A stretch of DNA of 64,000 nucleotides from the NCBI RefSeq assembly GCF_006345805.1, contig NC_043006.1, positions 58,404,001-58,468,000 of the forward strand, written 5' to 3'. The notes under the pieces are model-generated. The model was not told the DNA's origin. It saw nothing but the letters and a program-made list of their open reading frames with translations, and ran no database searches. Source of the stretch: Octopus sinensis (lineage: Eukaryota). Both the position numbers and the translations under genes were made by a program. Of the stretch, positions 1 through 12,610 are shown one piece after another; within the stretch, counting starts at the first letter, position 1, and every line of letters begins with the position of its first letter.

Positions 1-95
1 AACAATAAAACATAACGAAGCAGGGTGACGACAACGTAACAATCCAACAAACTCGCCACGAACTGTACACGAACCAACAAACGATATTCCGACAA

Positions 96-545
96 GACGG
101 TGACCTGGCAGAAAGACGGTGACCTGGCAGAAAGACGGTGAGCTGGCAGAAACGTTAGCACGCTGGGCGAAATGCTTTGCGGTATTTCGTCTGCTGTTAC
201 GTTCTGAGTTCAAATTCCGCCGAGGTCGACTTTGCTTTTCATCCTTTCGGGGTCGATAAATTAAGTACCAGTTACGCACTGGGTCGATGTAATCGACTTA
301 ATACCTGTCTGTCCTTGTTTGTCCCCTCTGTGTTTAGCCCCTTGTGGGTAATAAAGAAATAGGTATTTCATCTGCCGTTACGTTGTGAGTTCAAATTTCG
401 TCGAGGTCGACTTTGCCTTTCATCCTTTCGGGATCGATAAATTAAGTACCAGTTACGCACTGGGGTCGATGTAATCGACTTAATACCTATGTGTGTCCTT
501 GTTTGTCCCCTCTGTGTTTAGCCCCTTGTGGGTAATAAAGAAATA
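96..545 (+). mobile_element. tRNA-derived SINE family A (Meta-like domain GCCTTTCATCCTTTCGGGGTCGATAAA), with stuttered head and duplicated body
   Basis: Head GAGCTGGCAGAAACGTTAGC and B-box GTTCTGAGTTCAAATTCC. 13-bp TSD GATAT(T/C)CCGACAA at 83-95 and 546-558 inside the LTR. Confidence 0.9.
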
Positions 546-2562
546 GATATCCCGACAAACTATCAAAACGGCACCTTACTGCTTCCTGCGAATAACACCT
601 CTCTCCCGTCTCTCACTCAGACCGCTACTATTCGTAGTCGTTCGGTCAAGTCTGTCCTCGCAGAGGGTGTCGTGACTCTCGCCACATCTCACCTTTTGAG
701 ATTTTGACTGCCGTAGGAAACGAAATTTATTTATTCATTTATTTATTTACTTTCTTTCCACCACCTTTCCCTTTTTGAAATTTTGATTCCCTAGGGATTC
801 CCTAGTACCTTTTCTGCTTAGGAATTGTTTGTAAATGTTCATTCTGTTTACATTTTCTGTTACTGCTCCTTCTGGGCTCAATCTCTTTCGGTGCTGGCGT
901 ATCGAAAATGTAAAACACTTCCATTGAAATTTCTTTCCTTTCTTCTGTATGTCTGATTTTTAATTGATTTAGGTGTAGTTTATGCTCCCATCGTTGGTCC
1001 TTTATCAAATACATCATGTTTCCAATTCTTTTAGTCACTACACCATCCTGCCAACTCTCTTTACCGTTCTTGTATACTTTGAAATGGACTTTGTCTTCGA
1101 CATCAGAGTGTTTAGTTGAAATTTCTCTATACATTTTCCCCCTCTTTGGCAACAATTTGTCGAACATTGATTTAATCTTTCGAGCGAACATTAGCTCTGC
1201 ATGTGACTTGCCTGAACTGGTATTCGGATTGGAGGTTATTCTGTACACCCTTAAGAATTTAGTTAGCACTTCGTCATTTCCTTACTCGTTTCTTGCTTTT
1301 TTAACACTCGCTTGAAAGTATCTACAAATTGTTCTGCTTGTCCATTTGACGTCGAGTGGTAGAGCGGGGTAAACATATACTTGATTGCATGCATTTTGCA
1401 GAATTTCTTGAACTCGTATCCTGTAAATTATGTTCCATTTCCGATACTATGGTGTCCGGAACACCGTATCGAGAAAAAAAGTTCGTGCAGAAACTTTATT
1501 GTTGCTTTCGAGGTAGTTTGATTGCACCTACATACTTCTGGCCACTTGGTAAAGCTATCAACAAGGATCAAGTAGAACGCGCCATTCACTGGTCCAGCAT
1601 AGTCTATATGTACCTAACCGTCTCAGGCTACGAGTAGTATTTCAGCGGTGGTGCTTTGGCTGCTAGCGCACAACCTCTACCTGATTTTACCAAATTTTCA
1701 ATGTCCCAGTCCATTGCCGGCCAATACACGTAACTTTTCATCGAAGCTTTCATTCTTGACATCTCCGGGTGTCCACTATGAAATTCATGTAATATTAGTT
1801 TTTGTATTAATGTACTCTTTGTGAGTACATTGATATATTGTCGCAGAGTGAAAAATGGTTCGCGTTAGTCTTTCTCTTTTGTTAATTTTAGAAGGTTTCC
1901 TTCATTTTTATGATGTTTTTGTCCTCCGCTGATTTACTTTTTGTATCTTGTACAGTCACTGGCAGCTTCTGAATGACATTACACATAACGTTTTTAATTT
2001 ACTTTCCTGATTGTAGTGCGGCTATCACCGTATCTTCCAGCGGTTCCGCATTCTTCAGAATTAACCAAGATAAACAATCCGCATGGCCAATTTTCTTAGA
2101 AGAAATGTACTCCATCTTAAAGTTGTAATTTAACAATATCGTACCCCAGCTTTGTAATCTGTTAGCTGTATGGGTAGGAATTCCTTTCTTCGATTCGAAA
2201 ATTGATAGTAACGGTCGGTGGTCCGTCTGAAGCCGAAAACTTCTACCGTGGAGAAATCTGTGAAATTTCTTCAAGGCAAAAATAATCGCTAGAGCTTCTT
2301 TCTCTGTCTAATTGTAGTTTTTTTTTCTGCTGCAATCAGAGCATGTGAGACATGAACCACCGTCTTCATGTTACCGTCTTTATATTTATGTAGCAAAACT
2401 GCTCCTACGCCGTATTCAGAAACGTGAGAAGCTACAACAATCTCTGCTACAGAATCGAAATGAGCCAGCGACAAATCCGAAATTAATGCTTTTTTTTTTT
2501 TAATATCCTGAAACGCCTTTTGACTGTCATTTGATCAATTCCATTGGCAAATTATTAAGTGG

Positions 2563-2950
2563 AATGGAAGCACTCCGTCGGTTACGACGACGAGGGTTCC
2601 GGTTGATCCGAATCAACGGAACAGCCTGCTCGTGAAATTAACGTGTAAGTGGCTGAGCACTCCACAGACACGTGCACCCTTAACTTAGTTCTCGGGGATA
2701 TTCAGCGTGACACAGAGAGTGACAAGGCCGGCCCCTCGAAATACAGGTACAACAGAAACAGGAAGTAAGAGTGAGAGAAAGTTGAGGTGAAAGAGTACAG
2801 CAGGGATCACAACCATCCCCTGCCGGAGCCTCGTGGAGCTTTTAGGTGTTTTCGCTCAATAAACACTCACAACGCCCGGTCTGGGAATCGAAACCGCGAT
2901 CCTATGACCGCGAGTCCGCTGCCCTAACCACTGGGCCATTGCGCCTCCAC
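2563..2950 (-). mobile_element. tRNA-derived SINE family B (head GGAGGCGCAATGGCCCAGTGG, tail ...ACCGACGGAGTGCTTCCA)
   Basis: 12-bp TSD ATTATTAAGTGG at 2551-2562 and 2951-2962; near-identical copies at 24667-25051 and 52420-52809. Confidence 0.92.
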
Positions 2951-4757
2951 ATTATTAAGTGGTGCTCTAAACTCATACATGTTCGGTATGTGATTTTGAT
3001 AATAGTTCGCTAGGCCAAGAAAAGCTTGTTATGTCGCTATGTTAGTTGGTGGCGGCATATTTTTAATTGCGTCTACTCTCGACGGGTCAAGTCGTCTTCC
3101 ATTTTTATCAATAATTTTGTCCTAAATATTAATTTTAGGCAAAAAGAATTCACATTTCTCCTCACTGAGTGTGAAACCGAGATTCACTTTTAATTAATAC
3201 ATAATCGAGGTACGGAATTGCAAATTGACAGTCCGCCAACATCGCATCCATAACCTGTTGAAACATTGCCGGTGCGACCTTCAGGCCAAGTGGTAATCTA
3301 TTATATTTGTATAGTCCTCTGTGCGAATTTTCTTCTACCCGCTTTATCGCAGCGAATGGTACCGTTCTATTAGGTCTGAATACAAGTACGACGTTTTCCT
3401 TTACCTGAAAACAGGCCTCAGTCTTAGAACAGAGACCTAATTCATTCAACAGCACTTCAGAAAACAAGTTTTTAAATTTTTTCTTCAATTCAGCTACTGA
3501 GTTATTTTCACTGGTGGGACAGCCATTTATTTTTTTTTTACAGAACATACTTATGTGGAGGTCCCATAAGTCAAACAACGCTAACCAGTCCGTACCGAAC
3601 AGGTTGGTTACGTTTTTTTACCACGAAAACTATTGCTCTACAGGTTTTTCCCTGAAATATGATATCCCTCCACAGTTTGCCTACGAAGTGTAGTTTTTCA
3701 CCTGTCACAATTCTTGGTGCAATTCTTGGTGTTTTTCTTGACGTAGATTTCTCAATTCTTTTCTACGTGTCGGTATTATTAATCGAGATGTCGCTACCAG
3801 TATCTAGTTGTAATTTAATATCCACTTAGTTTACTTTTACATGTACAAATTTCCTTTTTAGTCTCGCTTCCACTTTCCATTGAGAAAACTTTCTGTTGAG
3901 AAAAATTGTAACATTTATTGCGTTTTGAAAGGGCAATCCTTCCTGTAGGGCTCCACATCCATAGTATGGGTTTGGTCTTAACATTTTTGTTGCTGTTTAT
4001 ATCTTCCCGGTCGACATGCCTATACTTGTGAGTACTCCTCTTCAATTTTCTTTATGTCCTGATGTAAGTTTACCATTCTTTGATACTCCTCTGCAACTGT
4101 CTGTAGGGTTAAACTTTGGTCCGTTTGTTCAAGTTTTGTGAAAATTCTTTCACGTATCTCCGCATCTTTGTTTGCCGTAAACCCTTGTACAAAAATGAGG
4201 AACTTAAACATATCAGGACTTAGCCCCTTCAGTTGAAACCTTTCGCACATTCGGTTGACGGTCCCGACATACATGATAAAGTCTTCATCCTCTTTTTTAA
4301 CTAGATTCCAACATTCCCATCGAGTGTTAAATAGGGAATTCTTATAACTGAATATTTTTTTTTATAGTAGTTTGACTGTTTTCCGGAAACAAATCTCACT
4401 AGTTTTGGATGGTAGTATGAAATTACAATATTTTTCATGTTCAGCCAGCACCAATTTACACAATAACAGTCTATTCGTTGCCGTCCACGACATACAATCT
4501 TCCCTAAAGATTTCTTCTTGCTTCTAAAGTACGCTGCAAACGTTATACCCTCCTCTGGGTCTTAACTAAATTCAGTAATAGAGTTCGATACGCCTACTGG
4601 CGAAAACGAGCTTATAGTGTTTCCGGACTTCTTAAGACATAGCTCCATTAACTGTTGTTGTTTTTTTATGTTGCTGAAGTAGTTGTTACTGCAACTTGTG
4701 TTGCTGTTCTTGCTTCTGTTTTTGCAACTGTATTATAGCGTTTTGAAAGCACAATCC

Positions 4758-5036
4758 GGGTAGAAGAAAAATTATACAGACTGGAGAAGATGGGAATTAT
4801 ACAAAAAGTAGATTATTCTAAGTGGGCAGCATCAATTGTATGTATAAAAAAAAAGGGAGTGTGTGTGCCTAAAAATGTGCTACTCAACACTTCCTACTCC
4901 GGAGGATATTTTTGCATAATTAAATTGTGGCAAAGTATTTTCGAAACTGGATCTGTATGATACGTATCTACAAATTTAAGTAGACGAGGAATGCTCGAAG
5001 CTTCTAACAGTGAATACGCACAAAAGACTATACAAA
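4758..5036 (+). pseudogene. Gypsy RT N-terminal segment lying inverted in the element's 5' region
   Basis: The plus strand reads VEEKLYRLEKMGIIQKVDYSKWAASIV...PTPEDIFA*LNCGKVFSKLDLYDTYLQI*VDEECSKLLTVNTHKRLYK. This block is absent from the minus-strand RT ORF. Confidence 0.85.
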
Positions 5037-5394
5037 GGTCTTCCAAATTAACAACTTTGTATCAAAAAAATTTGTTAACTGACCTGCGTGAGCTTCGAAT
5101 TCTCGTCGCCAATATTATTGCATCGCCAGTTGAATTTGACTATACTTTTCCCCTCTATAACCGTGTAGTAACAGTAAAATTTATAACGAAGCAGGGTAAC
5201 AACAACGTAACAATCCAACAAACTCTCCACGAACTATACATGAACCAACAAACGATATTCCGACAAATTACCAAAACGACACCATACAACGTCCTGCGAT
5301 TAAAGTCTACTGTCCCCCGTCTCGCACTCAGACCGCTATGATGTATAGTCATTCGGTCAAGTCTATTCTCGTAGGGGGTGTCGTGACTCTCTAC

Positions 5395-6968
<1,574 letters not shown>

Positions 6969-7053
6969 TATATATATACATACATGACCGCGTGTGTACC
7001 GTTGGCGATTTTTTTCCTCTGTCTTTCCTTCTCTGGATCTTTCTTTCTCCTAT

Positions 7054-7088
7054 GTTTCCGACGATGAGCTCCGCTCGAAACGTTAAAC
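7054..7088 (+). ncRNA. Minimal type-I hammerhead ribozyme motif (U4>C) in a solo pLTR-like repeat
   Basis: GTTT-CCGACGA-T-GAGC-TCC-GCTC-GAAAC-GTT-AAAC: helix I GTTT/AAAC, helix II GAGC/GCTC, palindromic AACGTT helix III. Confidence 0.7.
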
Positions 7089-7174
7089 CCTCCTTCTTTC
7101 CTGAGCGTCCAATAATACTATATTTGTTCCACGTCCTCGTGTTGTTGTGTTTTTTTGTGCTTTCTTGTTTGGAT

Positions 7175-7221
<47 letters not shown>

Positions 7222-7225
<4 letters not shown>

Positions 7226-9622
7226 CAGAAGCATCAACCAGTTTCAATACTGAAGATGAATCACTAGTCAAGAACAAAAGTGAACACACACCCCACAGAG
7301 GAAGAGATAAAGATCTTGACGAATTCTGCAACCACATTGAGAACTTTCCCTACCATACTATACATAAACAGACAGTTAACTCAAATTTTAACACTACGCA
7401 ATGGAAGGAACTGATAGAACTTCAAAATGATGAAGATATAACCATTAAGGAAGCAGACAAGGGAAGTGCGGTTGTAATAATGGATACATCATACTATAGA
7501 AATCTTGTAATTTCCTTGCTTGATGACAACCAACATTATGAAAAAATCACCAACTACACCCCGCAAAAAATAATGAAAACTCTACCTTCACTAATTAAAA
7601 CCCATGAAAAGGAACTAACAACCAAAGAGATTGACTTTCTAACAAACTTTAAATGCAAACCTAGCCTCTTCTATGGTCTGCCAAAAATTCATAAAAGCCA
7701 AATTATAAATGAAACCATTAAAAAATCACCAAAGACATACATACACACACCTAACCCGGGGGACCTAAAACTACGACCCATTGTTGCTGGCCCAACCTGT
7801 GAAACACACAGACTAAGTCTATTTATGGACATCCTCCTGAAACCCTTCCTTAAACATATCGATAGCCATATCAGAGATGACTTAGATATGTTAAACCACC
7901 TTCCAAAAAAGGCCAAGGAAGAAGCAATCATGGTTTCATTTGATGTAGTTAACTTATATACCAGTATACCTCATAATTATGGACTAGAGGCAATACAGTT
8001 CTGGCTGGACCAATTTCCGGAAGAAATACCAAAAAGGATCAGTAAAGAATTCATTACTAAATCAATTGAATTCATCCTACATAATAACCACTTCATGTTT
8101 GGCAATACATTTTACCGTCAAAAATCCGGAATTGCTATGGGTACAAGGACAGCACCAGTCATTGCGAACCTAACAATGGGCTACCTGGAAATAATCATTT
8201 ACTAGGAATCTTTATCAATCTTTGGAAACCCCCTCTCTCAATACATAAAAGAGAATTGGAAACGATTCCTGGACGATTGTTTTATACTCTGGAATGAAAA
8301 CACAGATAAACTCCTAAAATTCAAAGACCTATTGAACAGCATAAACCCAAATATACAGTTCACAATGGAATACAACCAAAAGGAGCTCCCATTCTTGGAT
8401 ATACTAATTAAAAAAATTAACCTTAAAATAGAAACAGACATTTTTTACAAAGCCACAGACGCCAAACAATACCTTCTTTTTAATTCATGCCACCCAAGAC
8501 ACACTAAAACAAACATCCCCTTCAACCTTGCAAGAAGGATATGCACAATAGCGTCAGAACAAAATACCAGGAACTTTAGACTGCAAGAACTCAAAAACAC
8601 CCTAATTGACAGACATTACCCAGCTCAACTCATAGAGGATGGGATCAGACGTGCAACAGAAATCGACATAGAAACTTTGAGAAAAGTTCAACACAACAAC
8701 ACACCTTCCCCGAAAATACTACCTTACATATCCACATACAACCCCAGAAACAAAGAAGCCTTCACCATCATCACCCAGAATTTACCAATACTTCATAAGG
8801 ACCCCAAATTAAAGGAAATTCTAAACATACACAAAATCATTAAAAGCTACAAACAACCTAAATCACTTGAAAAGATTCTCACAAAGGCAAAATTGTTTTC
8901 TGAAATTACGGATGCAAAAGTAAAAAAATGTGGTAGACCGAACTGTGCAACATGTCCAAACCTGCTAGAAGGATTAGAATTCCTCTTCAAAGAGGGACAG
9001 AAATTCAAGATCAAATCTAATTTTACTTGTGCCTCTGAAAACATAATTTATGTCATAAGATGCTCGGGCTGCCACCAAAACTACGTGGGGTCCACGGGAC
9101 TATCACTCAGACGTAGATGCACACTGCATCGACAACAGATTGCATTCCCAGAATACAGAATGATACCCTTTAGTGAGCACATTGAGAAATGCGCAAAGCA
9201 ACTACTACCACAATTTTTAATCTTTCCATTTTACCAATGTGCTATCGGAACACCAACACAAATTAGACTAAACAAGGAAACAATCTTCATTGAAAAATAT
9301 AAGCCCAAACTTAACCACTCCAACATTCTTATACAGAGAAACTCACCCCAAAAAAAAGGCAAGAAATATTAAGCGATTATCTCCCTTACACCGGAAGAAA
9401 TCACTTATTACCTCCCCTTACCTGGAACTCTTCTTTACACTTCTCAACGAAAACATAACGATGTAAGAAATTTGAAAAGCTGAACGCGAAACCGGTCATT
9501 TCTTCAAAAACTATGTCATTGTATGAAAAAAATTTATAACATTCTTCTGACATAATGACTCAAATATATATTTTTTAACCTTTTAAAACAAGCCTTCTGT
9601 AGTTTTTTCACTTTTTACTATT

Positions 9623-9625
<3 letters not shown>
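7222..9625 (+). mobile_element. Penelope-like element 1 (RT + GIY-YIG), 5'-truncated, one in-frame stop at 8203-8205, with 3' pLTR
   Basis: KEADKG, FDVVNLYTSIP, GIAMGT, RFLDDCF, LPFLD, and NIIYVIRCSGCHQNYVGSTG (GIY-YIG). ORFs 7147-8205 and 8332-9372 share one frame. Bounded by (TA)n on both sides. Confidence 0.95.
9465..9504 (+). ncRNA. Minimal type-I hammerhead ribozyme with U3:A8 covariant core
   Basis: AAGAAAT-TTGAAAA-GC-TGAAC-GC-GAAAC-CG-GTC-ATTTCTT: 7-bp helix I, GUC triplet (predicted cut after 9497), palindromic ACCGGT; ~90 nt after the PLE stop codon. Confidence 0.82.
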
Positions 9626-9663
<38 letters not shown>

Positions 9664-9817
9664 GGGAAAACAAATTTCCAAATCAATCAGGTGTAACCCT
9701 ACAGCGTTATATGCATCTACATATCGTACTATGGGGTCTTATTTATCGTATATTTATATATTTATCTATAGATATACAAAGTATCTGATAAAAGTCAATA
9801 TTTAAGTTTTGGGTACT

Positions 9818-9977
9818 AATCGATATGCGGGTATTCTATTTCAGATAATACAAAAATAACCTTATGAGTATATCTTACAGTAAACTCAGGGTATTATTTC
9901 GCGATGTGAGTTTACTGTAAGATACACTCATTAGGTTATTTTTGTATTATCTGAAACGGAATACCCGCATATCGATT
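9818..9977. repeat. 71-bp-arm inverted repeat (hairpin), 18-nt loop
   Basis: 9818-9888 matches the reverse complement of 9907-9977 with 4 mismatches. Confidence 0.92.
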
Positions 9978-9993
9978 AATCCCCCAAAATTGA

Positions 9994-10043
<50 letters not shown>

Positions 10044-10140
10044 TAATGGTAAGACAACAAAAGAATGAATGAGACCTCGATATTATGTAAATAGAGGAAG
10101 TTATCTGTAATATAATATGTGACAATTATTCGACTGCCAT

Positions 10141-10201
10141 AATAAGACACCGAGTTTCGGATGCCGGGGAGGAAAACTGCTCCGGCATCTCGTCAGTTAT
10201 C
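10141..10201 (-). ncRNA. Hammerhead ribozyme motif (left arm)
   Basis: Minus strand: ATAA-CTGACGA-GATGCCGG...CCGGCATC-C-GAAAC-TCGGT-GTC-TTAT. Confidence 0.8.
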
Positions 10202-11237
10202 GAGGCATACAAAATATGCTATGAAAATGACCGTTAAACAAAGGGGAAATAACTACGTAATTGACCGTTATTAAGACAAAAGAGCTATTAGAATGACCGT
10301 TAAATAAGGGGGGGGGGGGAAATCGAAGGGGAGAAAGTAAAAAAGTAAAGAAGTAAAAATGCTCATAGAAATCGCGTAAGCGCGCATGTACATACATACA
10401 CATGGCTAAATATTTGTTACGTGTTTTGCACCCCCAAGATCACAGATAGGCCCTGCTTTTTATATTGTGTCCACGTACAAGCATTTTATCTCTATATTTA
10501 TATATATATATATTTTTATATATACTTTTTACATATTTGTATGTAATTTTTAAAATTTTTATTGCTTTATATATTTTTACACATTTTCCTATATTTTATC
10601 TTTCACCTTGCATTTTTCTTGTGCATGTGCGTATATAGACGTGTATATGATCTTTTTGTGCACGTATGGGTATATACACGTGTGTGTGTGCGCGTGTGCG
10701 GGTATGTATGTATGTACATGTATATATGTATATGTACATGTCTATGGTTGCATATATATGTGGGTGGGTGTACATGCATGTGTTTCACGTGAGGGTGAGT
10801 GATCCTATGCATACATAGCATGTGCGTATTTTAGACGTGTATTTGAATATAATTGTGCGCGTATGGGTATGTGCACGTGTTTGTCTGTGTGCGCGCGCGT
10901 GTGCGCGGATATGTAAACGTATACATGCAGGGTTGCATTTATATGTGCATATATAGGCGTAGGTATGGGTGTGCATGCATGTTTCCTGCAAGCGTGAGTG
11001 AGCATATGCATATAGGCACATGTACGTGGTGTGTGTGCGCGCATGTGTATGTATGTTCCTGGGGCTTACGCGATTTCTATGAGCATTTTTACTTCCTTAC
11101 TTTTTTACTTTCTCCCCTTCGGTTTTTCCCCTTATTTAACGGTCGTTCTAATAGCTCTTTTGTCTTAATAACGGTCAATTACATAGTAATTTCCCTTTGT
11201 TTAACGGTCATTTTCATAGCATTTTTTTGATTACCTC

Positions 11238-11298
11238 GATAACTGACGAGATGCCGGAGCAGTTTTCCTCCCCGACATCTGAAACTCGGAGTCTTATT
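11238..11298 (+). ncRNA. Hammerhead ribozyme motif (right arm)
   Basis: GATAA-CTGACGA-GATGCCGG...CCGACATC-T-GAAAC-TCGGA-GTC-TTATT; predicted cut after C11293. Confidence 0.8.
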
Positions 11299-11789
11299 AT
11301 GGTAACTGAATAATTGTCACATGTTATGATTACATATATATATATATTCACGCAGTTGAATTTCTCATGCCTTCAATAACCCTGGGATGGCAAAAGGGTC
11401 AATTAGTTCAGTTTCCTCTCGACTTTTTCCAACTTTGAAACAGACAGGAAAAATATTATCATTCTCGGAAGAGAGAAACCAAAGCTTAAGCCGAAAATCA
11501 AAACCAAAGTGGGTAACAAGGAATGTTATCGTTATTTTGATTGAAAGTATTATGAATAGTCAGAGTGAATGACAAGATGACATATTCAGAACAATTTTTT
11601 CTGTTTCCCATGTCTGTTAGTTTGTCAGTATCAGAACACATTTTCTCAGCTTTGAAGTGATAATGAAAACGCACGTCACTTTCAAAACTTATATAGTTGT
11701 TACAAGTGAAGGTGTAATTAAGCCAATGATCGGAAAAAATAGCATTTGTTGCTGTTATGTTTGGTGAGACAACAGACTTCCGAATGAAA

Positions 11790-12215
11790 TCTACTGCTAC
11801 GTTCTGAGTTCAAATTTCACCGAGTTCGACTTTGTCTTTTATCCTTTCGGGGTCTACTAAATAAGTACTAGTTACGCACTGGGGTCGATATAATCGACTT
11901 AATCCGTTTGTCTGTCCTTGTTTGTCATCTCTGTGTTTATCCCCTTGTGGGTAGTAAAGAAATAGGCATTTAGTCTGCCGTTACGTTCTGAGTTCAAATT
12001 TCACCGAGGTCGACTTTGCCTTTTATCCTTTCGGGGTCTACTAAATAAGTACTAGTTACGCACTGGGATCGATATAATCGACTTAATCCGTTTGTCTGTC
12101 CTTGTTTGTCCTCTCTGTGTTTATCCCCTTGTGGGTAGTAAAGAAATAGGCATTTAGTCTGCCGTTACGTTCTGAGTTCAAATTTCACCGAGATCGACTA
12201 TGCCTTTCATCCTTT
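11790..12215 (+). repeat. Head-less tandem array of the ~186-bp SINE-A body (~2.3 units)
   Basis: Repeated CTGCCGTTACGTTCTGAG...GTAGTAAAGAAATAGG units. Confidence 0.88.
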
Positions 12216-12342
12216 TTGCGATTTGTTGATGAGAAGAAAAGGCTTCAAGGTAGGTTTAGGGGATAAGTCGATGTCAGTAAAAACAGAAAAGCTGCATCAC
12301 TGACAGAAGTTGTACATTATTATACACAATGTTTTTCACAAA

Positions 12343-12610
12343 GACGCAGGGGTGGCTGTGTATGTGTGTGTATATGTTTGTGTGTGTATATGTTTGTGTG
12401 TGTGTGTCCCCCAACATCGCTTGACATCGATGCTGGTGTGTTTACGTCCCCGTAATTTAGCGGTTCGGCATAAGTGACCGATAGAATAAGTACTAGGCTT
12501 ACAAAGAATAATTCCTGGCGTCGATTTGCTCGACTAAAGGCGGTGCTCCAGCATGGCCACAGTCAAAAATCACTGAAACGAATAAAAGAATGAAAGAATA
12601 AAAGAAAGAA
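12343..12610 (+). mobile_element. SINE family D (CORE-like head, internal GT microsatellite, CR1-like tail), internally deleted
   Basis: Head start GCAGGGGTGGCTGTG joined directly to (GT)n; tail GGCGGTGCTCCAGCATGGCC...CTGAAAC plus (AAAGAAT)n. A fuller copy lies at 54856-55295. Confidence 0.8.

Larger units (their letters stand above)
10105..11335. mobile_element. Non-coding pLTR-like element with ~280-bp inverted arms, each ending in a hammerhead
   Basis: 10105-10385 is the reverse complement of ~11063-11335. The spacer is AT-rich and degenerate GT/GTAT repeat sequence with no credible ORF. Confidence 0.8.

Noticed and set aside
4991-5341. 116-aa plus-strand ORF
   Set aside because: It is a chance fusion of the inverted RT piece, the 5' UTR and the LTR.
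11345-11520. Possible small host exons (EFLMPSITLGWQK; RKNIIILGREKPKLKPKIKTKV)
   Set aside because: AG/GT pairs exist, but the donors are weak, the peptides are unrecognised and no linked exons are evident; RNA-seq is needed.
11790-12215. Regular repeats that might suggest a CRISPR array
   Set aside because: Units are ~186-bp SINE bodies with no unique spacers and no cas genes; the context is eukaryotic.
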